The notes below the pieces were generated by a model that saw nothing but the letters and a program-made list of their open reading frames with translations, was not told the DNA's origin and did not search any database. The position numbers were made by a program, and so were the translations under genes. 64,000 bases of DNA, taken from assembly GCF_036321535.1 (NCBI RefSeq), contig NC_087436.1:17174001-17238000 (forward strand), read 5' to 3'. Position 1 is the first letter of the stretch. Each line of letters starts with the position of its first letter. This DNA is from Camelus dromedarius. Lineage: Eukaryota. Shown here one piece after another: positions 23,895-37,054 of the stretch.

Positions 23895-24210
23895 ACTGTG
23901 TTGCTAAGGTAGTCACCACTAGCCACATGTAGCTATTGGATACTCGAAATGCACCCAGTTAAATGGAAATATGCTGGAAGTGTAACAGACACAAAGGATT
24001 TTGGTGGCTTAGTATGAAAAAGGAATGTGAAATATTGCACTAATAATTTAAACATTGGTTATATTTTAAATGCTAATATTTTGGATATTGGATTAAATCA
24101 AATACATTATTAAAATTTGTTTCCTCTGTTTCTTCTCCTTTTTAAAAAATACGCTCCTAAAAAATTTTCAATTACATATATGGCTTGCATGTTGTCTGTC
24201 AGACAGTGCT
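23895..24210. mobile_element. MER33-like hAT-Charlie MITE
   Basis: ccactagccacatgtagctattg...aaattttcaattacatatatggcttgcat...gacagtgctg. Confidence 0.8.
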
Positions 24211-26647
24211 GGGTGAGAAGGAGACAGCCCTGTAAGATTTCTGCTGCATCTGATGATTGTGACACAGGCAACAATTATTAGGAAGACAATGAAGTCAGCA
24301 AAACCCCAGCGTTTTGAGTCAGAGTGGCCCAGTTTTAACTGAGCACTAATTATAGGAGAGTAGAGGCAAAGATACGAAGGCAACGAACTACAGAGGCAGG
24401 TTTTATGAAGTCAGACATCTAATCTTAGCAGACTCCATATCTCGAAAATAGTTTTCATCCTAAGTTTAGTGCCTACGTAGCTACGTGTGTGCTATCCATT
24501 CCAGGCCCTTGGCAAGGAAGTATTGATTGCATATTGTTTCTCTGAAACATCTACATCAACACTATTACTTTAACAGCTGTGTTTCTTAATCTGTTTATAA
24601 CCATGGTAATATTCTTCATGAAATTTGCTCTTCACTATCTAAAGAGTTTTGCTAAATGAAATTTTGCCAATATATTAGATGCATTGATATATTATCAACA
24701 AAACTTCCCCCTTCTGTCCAAGAACTTAAAGTGCCAAGAAGTCTTTCAATTGGATTACTGATAAAGATGTGTGTCTGTGTGAGACTGTGTCTTGCATATT
24801 GTACAGGAGAATGAAAAATGAAGTAGCACATTATCTGATTCATTATTTCCTTGAACGCCTACTTATTATTAAAGATTGTATGTTTTAAAATTACTATTAA
24901 ATTAATTGAGTGAAGGAACTGATCACATGCTTTTAAAATCACAGTATGTTAGACACTGATAAAAATAAGCTTTGAAAATTCATTGTGAAAAGAACCTACT
25001 TCTCTCTCCATCTCTACTTTGTAGGTAATAGAAAATGAAACAAAGTGTTAATAACAATCTAATGCTCAATAATGGCAAGGAGAGACAGTATATCATTATC
25101 CATCTGCAGTAGAATTATCATTCAGAGAGACTTCCATAATGTGGCATATATCCATCTCTCTGTACATACTATTCATGGAAGAGAAGCCCTATGCATTCTT
25201 AAGTACTTGAAACTTGCTGTCAAAGATCTTTTTAGCTTAAGCAAATAATTTGATGTTCTTTGAAATACAAGTAATGAACTTGGGAACTCTATTTAATCAG
25301 ATGCAAAGTAGAAATTTATGCTTTTAGACTAAAAAGAACAATGAAATAACTTTGGGACCTTATATCCTGTGAGATACACTATTGATTAATCCATTTATTC
25401 ATTGACTCTACATTCTTTTAGCACACTCTTCAGTTTTAGTCATATCTTAAGGTCCATTCCTTCTCTGTTTCCTCCAAGGAATATGGATTATATGCCAAGC
25501 TCAAAAGCAGCCCAAAAGCAGCCCCAGTGTGGAGGAGAGTGAAACTAGGATCCAGGTGAGAACCCAGTTGAGAACGAAACTTAGGGTGCTGAAGGTGGAA
25601 CAGAGAAAAGAGAAAGATTCCATAAATATTAAAAAATATAACTGTTTTCTATTTCTACCGAAATGGTAGACTGGATACTCTGAAAAACCATACTGCAGAA
25701 GATGAGCAAAATTAAAAAAAAAAAACAAAAACTTAAGATCAAATTTTAGTATAGAACTGAGGTGGCAAAAAAAAAAAAAAAAAAAAAAAAAGGGTTAGAA
25801 TCAGCAGAGGCCAAAAAATGAAGTGAAAGCTGGAACTCTGGGAGGTAAGCCAGTGCCTAAGCCACTCTGATGATATCTGCCAAACCTTAGTGACCTTGAG
25901 TTTTAGATTTGATGGCTACAGCATGTGTGAAGACTCAACATACAGCCTACAGCCAGACACAAATATGGAGTCTAATATAGCTCTCCTACAGAAAGCTGGG
26001 CCCCAAAGTTTATATGGACAGTGTCAGGTTGTTCAGCAGAAGCTCCTAGGAAGGGATCTTGCCTCTCTTGATCATGTTACTGGAAGAATATGAAAAATTC
26101 TCCCTTGACATGTCCCAACACAATTCTCCCATCATGTAAGGCTGTAGCACAAATTCACATCAGCTCATGTAAAGTGAATCCAGATTAGTCGCAGTCAATT
26201 CCCCTCTAGAGAGTGCACCTCAGACCAGACCTCAAAGAATTCTATATACAAAATATTCCAAGGAACAAAAGTTTAGAGTTAAAATCCATAAAAAAAAAGA
26301 AACATGACTCCATATAAGGGTCAGCAAAAGCAACAGGAGGCAACATCAAATCCATGATATTTAAACTGTAAGACAGAGTAAAAATGAAATATCATTAATA
26401 GATTTGAATGAATAAAAGAGAAGATTAAGTATATGAACAAAGAAAAACAGCATATGAAACTTACCAAGGAAATTTGAAAAACAGTAATCAGAAAGAGCTC
26501 CTATGCATAAAAAAAAAATCACAATTTTAAACTTAATAGGTAAGTTAAGTTACATATTCAGCTCAGTTACAGAGGGAATTAAAGAGTTGGATGAGAAGTT
26601 AAAAGAAATTATTTAAAAGGTAGCATAAAAATATGTATTCATTGTCT

Positions 26648-26917
26648 TACACCAAAAAAGAAAATTATAGGCCAACATCTTTGATGAATATAGATGCAGA
26701 AATCCTCAACAAAATAACAGCAAACTGAATCCAACAACACATAAAAAGGACCACACAACATGACAAAGTTAGATTCATTTCAGGGTCCCAAAGAGGGTTC
26801 AATATGCACAAATCAATCAATATAATGCATGACATTAACAAAAGGAAAGACAAAATGGAAACTAACACAGTATTATAAATCAACTATACTTCAGTTAAAA
26901 AATAAAATTAAAAAAAG
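26648..26917 (+). mobile_element. Internally deleted mini-L1: ORF2 RT fragment fused to the 3' terminus and A tail
   Basis: 26650-26855 is L1 ORF2 RT-region sequence and 26856-26917 is the terminal 3' UTR. Exact 15-bp TSD atgtattcattgtct at 26633-26647 and 26918-26932. Confidence 0.9.
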
Positions 26918-28555
26918 ATGTATTCATTGTCTACAAAGAGACAATAGAAAGAATAGGAAAATGATACAATTCAAAGAGAATCTTCCTCAGTTATGGAAAG
27001 ACAAAATGAAGAGCACAAAATAAAAGGGTAGAACTAAACTTAAATTAAAAATGTGATAACAATAACATAAATGGACTAAGCTCTTCATTTTTAAGGATGA
27101 AGATTGTCAGATTAGATGTTATTTCAGCTGAGTTAAGTGCTCTTAAAATATAAAAATATACAATTGTTGAAGACAAAATATAAAGAAGTTACAAGAGACA
27201 AATACTAACCAAAAAACATGATGTAGTTATATAAATAACAGAAAAAAGAAACAAATATAAAAATTTTACCAATGACAAAAAGAATATATATATTGATGAT
27301 GGGTTCAATGCCAGAGAGATATAATTGTGTGAAACTAGTGATGTAGTCTCAAAATATACCAAAAATTCCCAAATAAGAAGCTGAATTTGACAAGGATATC
27401 AACATCCATAATAATTGTTTTATCACCAAATCCAAATTATAATTGATCACAGGTGAATAAAAGAGTTAATGTTCCATAACTGATAGATCAAACAGACAAG
27501 AACAATAAGTAAGAACATGACTTTGAAGAGTTTGACTAGCAAACTCAACCAATGAACATATAAAATATGGTACTCAGCAAATAAATAATGCACTTTTTTC
27601 CCCAAACACATATGTTATATTTAGGAAACTTGGCCATAACCTAGGTAGTAAATCAGTCTCAATAAATATACCAGAATGTGACAACCAACAATGAAATTCA
27701 CCATATTATCAGAGTAAAGAGATAAGTAATACTATTTTCTCAAAAAATTATATGATAACATTCAATAACACAAAGATGACCAGAAAAGATGCCTATATTG
27801 GAGTTTAGAAAAACACATGTGGCTATAGTACCTATTAAGGAATAAATAATAATGAAAGTTGGTAAATATTTGGAACTAAGTTTTAATGAAAACAATTCGT
27901 ATCAAAACTTTTGGTATGCAGCTAGTAGTGTGCATAGAGGGAATGTGAACTTAGACTTAAGTGTTGACATTTTTAAAAGAAAGGCTGAGAATTAAAGAAT
28001 AAATCATCCAAATTATGAAGTTAAGAGAATAATGACCCTGTCAAGAATAGAAAAAAAGCAAGCGATAAAAGTGTAAATAAATGACAAGGAAAATAAATAC
28101 CCAATGTGGCAGATCAGCAAAGTTAAGAGCTGAGTCTTTGAAAACATAACAACAGACAAAATGATGGCAAAACTAATTATTTTTAAAAAAGGAAACACAA
28201 ATAATATTAGAAAATAATTGAGTTCATACTTACAGATGCAACAAAAATTTAAAGGACCCTTGGAAAAACTAGCCAATGCATATGAATAAATAAAATTGAT
28301 AATTTATGGGAGAAAATAATTTACCAATCTTACACCAAAAGAAACAAAAATTAGAATTTTCACACAATAATTAAAGAAATAGAATCAGGAGTTAAAAATC
28401 TTCCCCAAAGAAAACACCAGTCTCACACAGCTTTATGACTTAATTTTACCAAATATTTAAGGTTTAGATAGCTCTAATATTCTATAAAATTTACCAGAGA
28501 ATAGAAAAACTAAGAACATACACTAGTGCTAATATATTAAGCCAGCAACTTTCTT

Positions 28556-28713
28556 TTTTTTTTTTAACATTTTTTATTGATTTATAATCATTTTACAATG
28601 TGTCAAATTCCAGTGTAGAGCACAATTTTTCAGTTATACATGAATATATATATATTCATTGTCACATTTTTTTCTCTGTGAGCTACCATAAGATCTTGTA
28701 TATATTTCCCTGT
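28556..28713 (-). mobile_element. Short, young L1 3' end
   Basis: T-run followed by tttttattgatttataatcattttacaatg...atatttccctgt. Imperfect flanking repeat aagccagcaactttctt / aagtcaacaaagttctt. Confidence 0.85.
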
Positions 28714-28829
28714 AAGTCAACAAAGTTCTTAAAAGATGAGTACAAGAAAGGAAAATTATAGAGCAATTTTTATCATGCATACGAATGCAAAATTATAAAT
28801 AACAATTTAAATTTATATGATATTAGATG

Positions 28830-29012
28830 TCAAGCACATTTTTTAGGATGTTCCATACATAAACTCAGTCATTAAAACAACCCTATGGGTCAGGTACTAA
28901 TATTTCTCTCAATTTACAAATAAGAAGACCGAGGGACAGAAAATAGCTCGTTCAAGGTCATACACAAAGTGTCAATGCCAGGATTCAAATTCTGGCAGCG
29001 TTACTCCAGAGT
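28830..29012 (-). mobile_element. MIR SINE
   Basis: aacaaccctatggg...caatttacaaataagaagaccgaggg...caaggtcatacac...gccaggattcaaa...actccagagtc. Confidence 0.75.
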
Positions 29013-29534
29013 CTATTAAAAAGACTGGCAATAATAAGTGTTGGCAAGATATAGAGAGATTGGCATGATCACACGTTGCTGGTGGGAGTGAAAAATAATA
29101 TAATCCTTTGGAAAACAATTTGGCAACATCTTATACACATCCACCTGCCCTATGACTCAACAATTATATTCTAGGTACTTACTCCAAAGAAATGAAACAT
29201 ACGTCCCCAAAATATTGTGGGCAAGAATGTTCAAAATAACCACTTTATTCATATTATCTCCAAGCTGAAAACAACCCTAACATCAAAATCAGGTAAATAA
29301 ATAATCAAATTGCAGTATATTCACATAATAATATACTTAGCAATAAAGAGAACAAACTACTGATATACAGAAAAACATAAAGCAAAATGCCAGATACAAA
29401 ATATTTTATTTATTTAATTTGTATATATGTTACAATTTTTGTCAAATTCTAGGAAAAGCAAAACTAAGTTATAGTGATTGAACCAGAACACCCTCTAGTG
29501 TATGAAAATTAACTGGAAAAAAGCAGGTGGGAAG

Positions 29535-30159
29535 GTAATATTTTTTTATCACTGCGTAACAAGTTACCATACACTTAGTGACTTAACATCCGTTTGTTAT
29601 CTCGCAGTTTCTGTAGGTCAGAGGTCTGGACATCACATAATTGGATCCTCTGCTCTGGGTCAGGATGTCTGCTGGAGCTGAGATCTTATCTGAGGTCCTG
29701 AGCCCCTTTCTAAGTTCCTGGGATGTTGGAAGAGCTCAGTTCCTCGCACCTGTAGAACTAGAGTTCCTGTGTCTCACTGACTTTCATCAGGAGTCATCAT
29801 TAATACCCGAAGGTCAGTCTCAGGTTCTAGCCTTGTGGCCCCCTCCCATAGGCAGTTCACAGTGTGCTCAACTTATGGACCAGAACAAGAGTGTCTGCAG
29901 TTGCTGCTTCTTTCTTTTACAGCTATTTGACTAGGTTAATCCTTCCCAGGGTAACCTCCCTTGTGATGGAAGTAAACCATTAAGGCACATTAATTAAGTC
30001 TGCAAAATCTCCTTTGCTGTAGAACATAGTGTAATCAAGGGAATGCTATCCTATCATATTCACAGGTCTTGCCCTCTCTCAGGGGGAGGGGATTATAGAG
30101 GGCGTGTGTCTTAGAGACTGGAAAACTTGGGGTCTGTCTGAGAATTGTTCTCTACCACA
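29535..30159 (-). mobile_element. MaLR LTR (MLT1E/F-like)
   Basis: ctgcgtaacaagttaccatacacttagtgacttaa...tctcgcagtttctgtaggtcag...catattcacaggtc...ctaccaca. Confidence 0.8.
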
Positions 30160-30379
30160 GGGACTTACTGGGGTCTGTATACATTTATTAAAACTTATCT
30201 ATATTATGTTTAAAACATAGTTCAATCATAACAGTAACAATAATAGAAACAGTAATGATATAGAGTAAGCATTGTATTTAATGATAAGATTTTGAAAGCT
30301 TGCTCTCTAATTTAGATAAAGAAAAAGATACTTGCTGCTACCAGTTCTCTTTAACGTTGTACTCATGTGCACTGGCATG

Positions 30380-30600
30380 CGTCTGCGTCTTCTTCATTCC
30401 CATGAAATTTGGGGAGGTGTTATGGGAGAGAAAGGGAAAGTGACACAAATATATTAAGACTCATGCTGCTTGCTGTGCCATGAGAAATAAATTATTTGTC
30501 TCTGACCCAGGAGTCTTGTGTTTTCTGCCAGCATCCATTAAAGAGTCATAGACTAGTTACTAGCTTTTAAATAGGGTAAAATAAAATTCTAGGTCTAACA
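30380..30600 (+). mobile_element. ERVL LTR 3' part (MER74-like)
   Basis: aataaa...tgtctctgacccaggagtcttgtgttttctgccagcatcc...tagggtaaaat. Confidence 0.65.
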
Positions 30601-32778
30601 AGTATATACCAGTTAGAAATGTAAACATATGTGCACCAAAAGGTATACAAAACTGGTCATAACCATGCTGATACCAATAGCCCAAAACTCAAAACTACAC
30701 ATCAACAATAGAATAGAAAATTAAACTGTGGAACATTACCAGAATATAATATTACATGGCAAAGAAGATGAATAAACCAATACTACATTATACAGGGGTG
30801 GATCTCACAAATAAAATGCTGAGCTAAAAAAAGCCACTATATATTGTATTATTTTATTGAAATAATGTTAAAAAACAAATAAATGTATGAATTAGACAGG
30901 CTAGTGGAACTTGCTAGGGAAGGAAAGTGTTGAACCAGAAGCATCCTGCAGGAGTTTTCTGGGGCTCTGATAATGTTCAACTTTCGTATCTGTTTGTTAG
31001 TTACATGGATGTTTTAGCAATGTTGTAATTCATTGAGTTCTACACATATGAATGTGAACTTTTATGTATTTATGTTATTCTGCAGTTGAAATTTTAACAT
31101 TAGAAAGTTAATATTTACATTATCAATCAATACATACAATACGTTCATATACAAAAGGGCAAGCTCTTTGTAGAGAATATTATAACGCATTATTAAAAGA
31201 TGAGAGAGATTATCTAAACAGATGAAGAGATATGGCACTTATATACATAGGAATATATAAATTCTACCAAAATTTTCTATGTATTAATTAAACTTTCAAT
31301 AAAAATTTCAATAAGATTATTTTACATATTCTGTATATTTCCAAAATGAATGGATGAACAATGGGCCAATAATAACCAAGCATTTCTGAACAAGATAAAG
31401 GAGGGGATGAGGCTTTTCCTGTGAAATAGCAAGATATCATAAAGTTTTATTAATTAAGGCAATTTAATATTAGTGCACAGTCAACTGAACAATGGAACAA
31501 AATTGAAAATCCAGGACCATATTCATGCATCTGTGAAAATTTAATTTGTGATAAATTGGCATAAATATTTTTGAGTGAAGGGATGAATTGAGTATCTATG
31601 TAGAAAGTTTGGAGTACTAAGTAAATGGTGATGGAACATTGATTATGCCCATTGGAAAATGTGAATTTTGATTCCTATATCATGCTATACAAAAATAAAT
31701 TCCAAAAGAATTAATGCTGTTATATAGAAAGTTAATCTGTAAAAGTTTTAAAAGAAGATAGAGAAGAATTTATTTGTACTTTTAGAGTGGTGTAAGATTT
31801 CATAAGCTGATATGAAAGGTATTAAAACATAAAAAGAACACTATATCCAAATACATTAATGTAAGTATTTTAGATCATTATAAGACAGTATACGTGCATA
31901 AAAGTACAAGACAACAACAGAGAGAAAATAGAAAAACATATATAACTAAAAACAAATTAGCAAAAATATATAAAGAATTCCCATGAATTAAAAAAAGACC
32001 AATAAGCAAATAGAAAAAGAAATGAAGATGTGAGAAGCCATTTCCCTTAAGGAGAGCCCACCATGGTCCAGAAGCTGCCCAGGCTCCTTAGTTATAAAGA
32101 AATGTACATTAAAACCACAAAATATTTCTTAAAATGTTATTTAACTCTTTTGGATTATCAAAAGTTAAAAAGTCTGACATTACATACATTAGTGAGGAGG
32201 AGAAACAAAGACTCTAATATACTATTAAATGAAAGCATAATTTGATACCATTTTGCAAAGAGATGAGAATTACTCTGTAAAATTAAACATGCACAAATCC
32301 TATCACCTGGTGTTTGTACTCCCACAGGCACATATCAACAAGAAAACATGTATAAGAACATGATAATATTTTGCAATTGTAAAAACAGGAAATAACTCAA
32401 AAATCCATAAATAATAGAATAAACAAATTTTGACATAGTTATATAGTGTAACATCATATGAACTATTTTTTGAAGAAATGATGATAAATATATTAATATT
32501 TTCAATAACTATACAGAAATAAATCAATTATAATCCAGGGAATATTAAATTTATAAAAAATTCATCTGTAATCTTTTTAAAGGAGGCACATATGAAACAA
32601 TGAGAAGAGTTAAAGATATAATTTACATATGCTAAACAAATTAATATGCATACATATGTAATATTAATATTATTTACTAAAAATAAAATGAAAACCATAA
32701 TCACTTATCTTAAAATGTAAAACAAACAATGACAATAATACAAAAAGAAACTCAAAAATCTAAACACTAGCAGGAGAT

Positions 32779-33146
32779 TTTTTTCCTTTTTTCTCTTTTT
32801 TCAAGTTTTATTGAGATATAACTGGCATATAATGTCATGTAAGTTTAAGGTATACAAAATAATGACCTGATGTATGTATATATTGTTAAATGATTACCAG
32901 AGTACTTTTACTTAACATTCATCACCTCACATAATTACAATTTTTCCTTGTGACAAGAATTTTCAAGATCTATTCTCTTATCAACTTATAATACAATACA
33001 GTATTGTAAAAATGTAGTCATCATACTGTACATTACATCCCTCAAACTTATTTATCTTATAATTGGAAATTTGGACCTTTTGACCACTGTCACCCAATTC
33101 TCACATCCCCACTCCCTGTCTCTGGCAACCACCAATCTGTTCTCTT
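32779..33146 (-). mobile_element. L1 3' end (L1MA9-like)
   Basis: ttttattgagatataactggcatata...gtttaaggtatac...ctctggcaaccaccaatctgttctct. Confidence 0.85.
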
Positions 33147-33679
33147 AGGGACCCAAGTCCAGAACTAAAGGCTATCAACAAATGTTAACAGAGTCTAAAA
33201 AAATTTCTATTACAAAACTGTAATGCAAATAAAATACAGCTGCACAGAGTAACATTGAGAGATCTCGAATACTTTGAACAAAATATGTTACAGAGGATGA
33301 ATAATATACTATTATACTTATATAAAGAGAAATCAGAGAATAATAAATATATATTCTAGAGGGATATATAAAAGAAAATCAAAACTCGGATGAAAAGAAG
33401 GTAATTATCTAACACATACTTCAGGATTCTTAGTGACCTTTGGAGTGAGGGAGTAAGAGTGTATTGTGGGGAGCAAACAGGGCACTCTATGCTTCTGATC
33501 TTTTTCTGAAGTGGGGTGTGGGTACTTACACATATTCTTTATGGTACATGTGTATTACATTCATTCTTATGTGTGTGATAAAATTAGTAATTTTTATGAA
33601 AGTACACTAATGATATGTGGCTGGTTGTGTGTGGTAAGGGAGAAGAAGTGTGCATTGACTTTCAAGTTTTCTGGCTTCT

Positions 33680-35850
33680 GTGGGCCTGGGGCTTCAGCGT
33701 TTTCCTCTTGGGCTTCTCCACCTGCTGTCTGAGTTTCCTCTCAACATGGTGCAGGGTTCCAAGATCGAGTTTTAGGGGAGCGAAGCTGCTAGTTTCTTAA
33801 GGGCTAAGCCCAGAAGCTGAGACAGTGTCATCATATATTGATCAAACAGTAATAACCCAGATGAAGGCAAAAAGATACAATAGACTCTACCTCTATATGT
33901 CAAAATATGTTGGAACCATTATTTAAAACTTCTATAGTCCATCCATGGCCACAAATTAATTTGTATTCAACCCAGGTGCAAAATGCACTCACATCGTCCC
34001 AGCACCCCTTCTCACCAAAACATCTCATTTCATTAAGGGATCAGGCTCAAGTCAGAGTTTCAGGATCAGGTCATGGATGTCAGGTCCAGGTATAAATAAG
34101 CTTTGGGGGCACAGCTCCTCCTGAATTGAAAACCTGTGAACTAAAGAAACAGGTGATTTTCCCCTACCGCCCATACAATCAGTGTGCAGTGCTGGAGTGG
34201 GCATAGGATAGTCACAGTAGATATGCCCATTAAAAATGAGAATGCATTCAAAATAGGTGAAAATGGATGCAACTTTGACTGGTCCATAATGATTCTTTAA
34301 GTTCCTTGATTAGAGTCCAGTCTTGCTCCTAGTCCTGTGAACGATTCTCTGTTGCACTTAGCTCTACCCTCTGAGCTTTTGGTCCTGACCACTGAATCAT
34401 TCTTCCTTTTACAAAGTAAACAGATTTTGCCACTGAGTTTCCTCCTCAGCTGCTTCTTGCCCATTAGAAGGCATAGGTTGAGGGTCTAAACGCTTCTTTT
34501 CATTTTGTAATGTCTCTGTTTCTTTTAGTTCAAGCTTGTAGTATGTCTTCCAGAACCATGATCCTTAAACCTGTGCAGATTTTCTATAAACCTTATTGGG
34601 GTTCACACCACCAGAAGAAAAGCTACAACCAAAAATTTATCAGAGATAAACCCTGCTCCATGGTGGACCACTGAGGGGCCATACCCTTAATTTTCTTAGA
34701 AGCCCTATTAGTTAACAGGGAGGGTCTATGAGGCATGCCTTTAACATTTTTAGAAAGTCTTTTGTTCTTTTGAAAGGCTCTGTGAGACATTGTCTTAAAT
34801 TTTCATCATGTCTTAATGAAGGGGCTTAAAGGCCCACCGCGGATTTGACCTTTTTGTGTAAGCCATATTTTAATTTGAGAATATTTTGTCATCTAGTGAG
34901 CCTGGGAGTAAGACACTTTTATTTTTGAGCCTCACAGATCCTGAATAATTTATATTTCCTCTAAATTTTGCTCAAAAACTCAATAGTTCCCTTTTTAGCT
35001 CATCCTTCTCCTCTTTAATTTGATAATAAATAGCTAGAGGAAGTCAGCAGGACCTCCAACATTTTGCCTGGAAAATCTCCTTAGCTAGAGATGTAATTGA
35101 ATTCAGTAAGTGGGTTCCTATTTCCACATTTCTGCAGGTGACAGTGTTACCAAATTTCTTCCATATATAAGGAGTCCCTTTTCTACCAGCTTTCAATGGT
35201 ATTTTTCTTATTTTCAGCCCTCACCAACAGCATTAAGAAGCCCTTTAGACTAACATTCTCCTCATCCCTGGAGGCTTTAAATAACACTCTGCTTGAATTT
35301 TCCAGGCTTCCACAAGCAGACTTCTCAATGTCCTTCCAGCTTCTGATAACTGTCCAATTCTAAAGTCAATGATGTTTAGGTTTTTGTAACAGCAGCATAT
35401 CACTTCCAGCGCAAACATCTGCATCAGTGCTCAAACCATCTCAAAACTTAATGGCTCAAACAATAATCTTTTCTCTTGTTCACAGGTCTACAGTTTGGGC
35501 AGGGCTGGGTGAGGGCAGATCACCTCTCATTGTATCAATTGGAGCAGCGCAACCAAAGCTGGAAGATGCACTTCCAAGATGGCTCCCTGAATGGCCGAAA
35601 GCTTGGTGCTCTCGGTTGGTTCTTTTCCATTTCCATCTCTCTGCAGTATGACTTTGGGTTTTTTCCACAGAATGGTGCCTATTTTTCCAAGAAACAAGAA
35701 GTAGAAGCTGCCATTTTCTTAAGACCCAGTTCTGGAAACTGGCACAGCATGTACTATTGTCAAACACTGACAGAGTAAAGAATTCTAGGGGTGGGACATA
35801 GACCCCAGCCCTCAGTGGAGAAGAGTCAAAGGAAATTGGGGCCATAATTA
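33680..35850 (-). mobile_element. Near-complete MaLR element (MLT1G/H-like LTR, internal region, LTR)
   Basis: LTR-like segments at about 33680-33930 and 35415-35850 share motifs (agaagctg..tttcttaag..cccag..ctgg/gacagtgtc..tattg..caaaca..atagac). They flank about 1.5 kb of MLT-int-like sequence. Confidence 0.7.
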
Positions 35851-35889
35851 CTTTCCCATTTCATTGATAGACATTCACAAACAGTTTTG

Positions 35890-36170
35890 ATCTTTGCTTT
35901 CTCCACTTGTTCATTTCTCCCTCCCTTACTCTTTAAGTCAGTCATTGGCTTCCCTTAATCCTCAGCCACACTGAAAATTCACTTTACCTTGGTCATCAGC
36001 AATCCCCATGTCACCAAATCAAAAGGGCGTTTTTCAGTTCTTTCATTCTTTGGCATCTCAGCAGCCACAGACATTGTTGAATTCGCTTTTTCTTAGGAAA
36101 AAACCTCTCCCCACCATTTCTGTGACTCTCAGGCTCTCTTGATTTTCTCTCTATTCGTTTCTGGATAAAG
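35890..36170 (+). mobile_element. L2 fragment
   Basis: ggtcatcagcaatccccatgtcaccaaatcaaaagg...tttcagttc...tctcagcagc...gacattgttga. Confidence 0.65.
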
Positions 36171-37054
36171 GGTCATGCTCTTCTTCTCAATTTTGAGCCT
36201 CGTTCATGAGTGAGGCTAGTTAAAGTCTAGGGACATCAATGAAAAATCCAAGTTAAAAAAACAGTTTTATTTTATTTAACTCTAAAACCTGACAAAACAT
36301 TATTTTCAAGTCATCTTTTAAAAGACAGGCTGATATTTAACAAATCCATTGTCTATTCTCATCTGTCAAATTATTTTTGTTTGTGTGCTAGCTAGGTAGT
36401 CAAATTTAATGATAGTTTCTAAATTCTCATGGATGCTTTTGATTGAATTCTAAGGTCTTTTGCTTTAAAAATGATACTCTTCTAACAGTAGGGGTTGACA
36501 GAAGATAGGAATTTTCCTGGACCAGATTCCTCACTAGCAGGGGAGAGGCTCACAGAGGCCTCAAGGAGCTAATCACTCAGCTATTGAGCAAGAACTTTGA
36601 AAGGAATTGGTAGTAAGGATGGACCTTAGTGACTCATTCATACTGCAAAAGGATACAGAATTTTCCCTTCTGTTTCACATTTATTAAATGTTTCTTGTTT
36701 GCTTGTGTATCAAACCTGTTTTTCCCCATAATAAAGACTACATACAGAAATAATAAGAAATGTGGTGGAGGAGAAAATATTGCATATTATCCAAAGAGGT
36801 AATAACCCATAATCTTTATTAAGACAGAGTCTTTGTTTTAGAAAGAAATGTTATGTTCAATGTAAAGTAAAAGTACGCTAGATTATCGTTTGCTGCAAGG
36901 CCAACGTGTGCTAATCTACTATACTTAATAAGAAACATTGTTTTGATCTTGAGTGATAAATCTTCATTGACACTGTAACCTATTAACAATATTTATGTCT
37001 TACAATCATTCAACACATTTTTAAATTGAGCATTCCAGCCTAGTGCTGGGATAC

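Larger units (their letters stand above)
25600..33600 (+). mobile_element. Long, heavily decayed ancient LINE-1 (L1M-type) carrying several nested insertions
   Basis: About 8 kb with a strong A-rich + strand bias and recognisable ORF2 remnants, e.g. tcaaaacttttggtatgcagct (~27900), gaaaggaaaattatagagcaat (~28750), tgaacaatggaacaaaattgaaaatccagga (~31490). It may consist of more than one element. Confidence 0.7.

Noticed and set aside
24380..24660. Possible ERV1 LTR fragment (MER34/39-like)
   Set aside because: The resemblance is too weak to define family or boundaries without an HMM search
25768..25791. Long poly(A) run as the tail of a retrocopy (also T-runs at about 2261, 46665 and 51596)
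   Set aside because: No associated body or TSD; these are simple mononucleotide expansions
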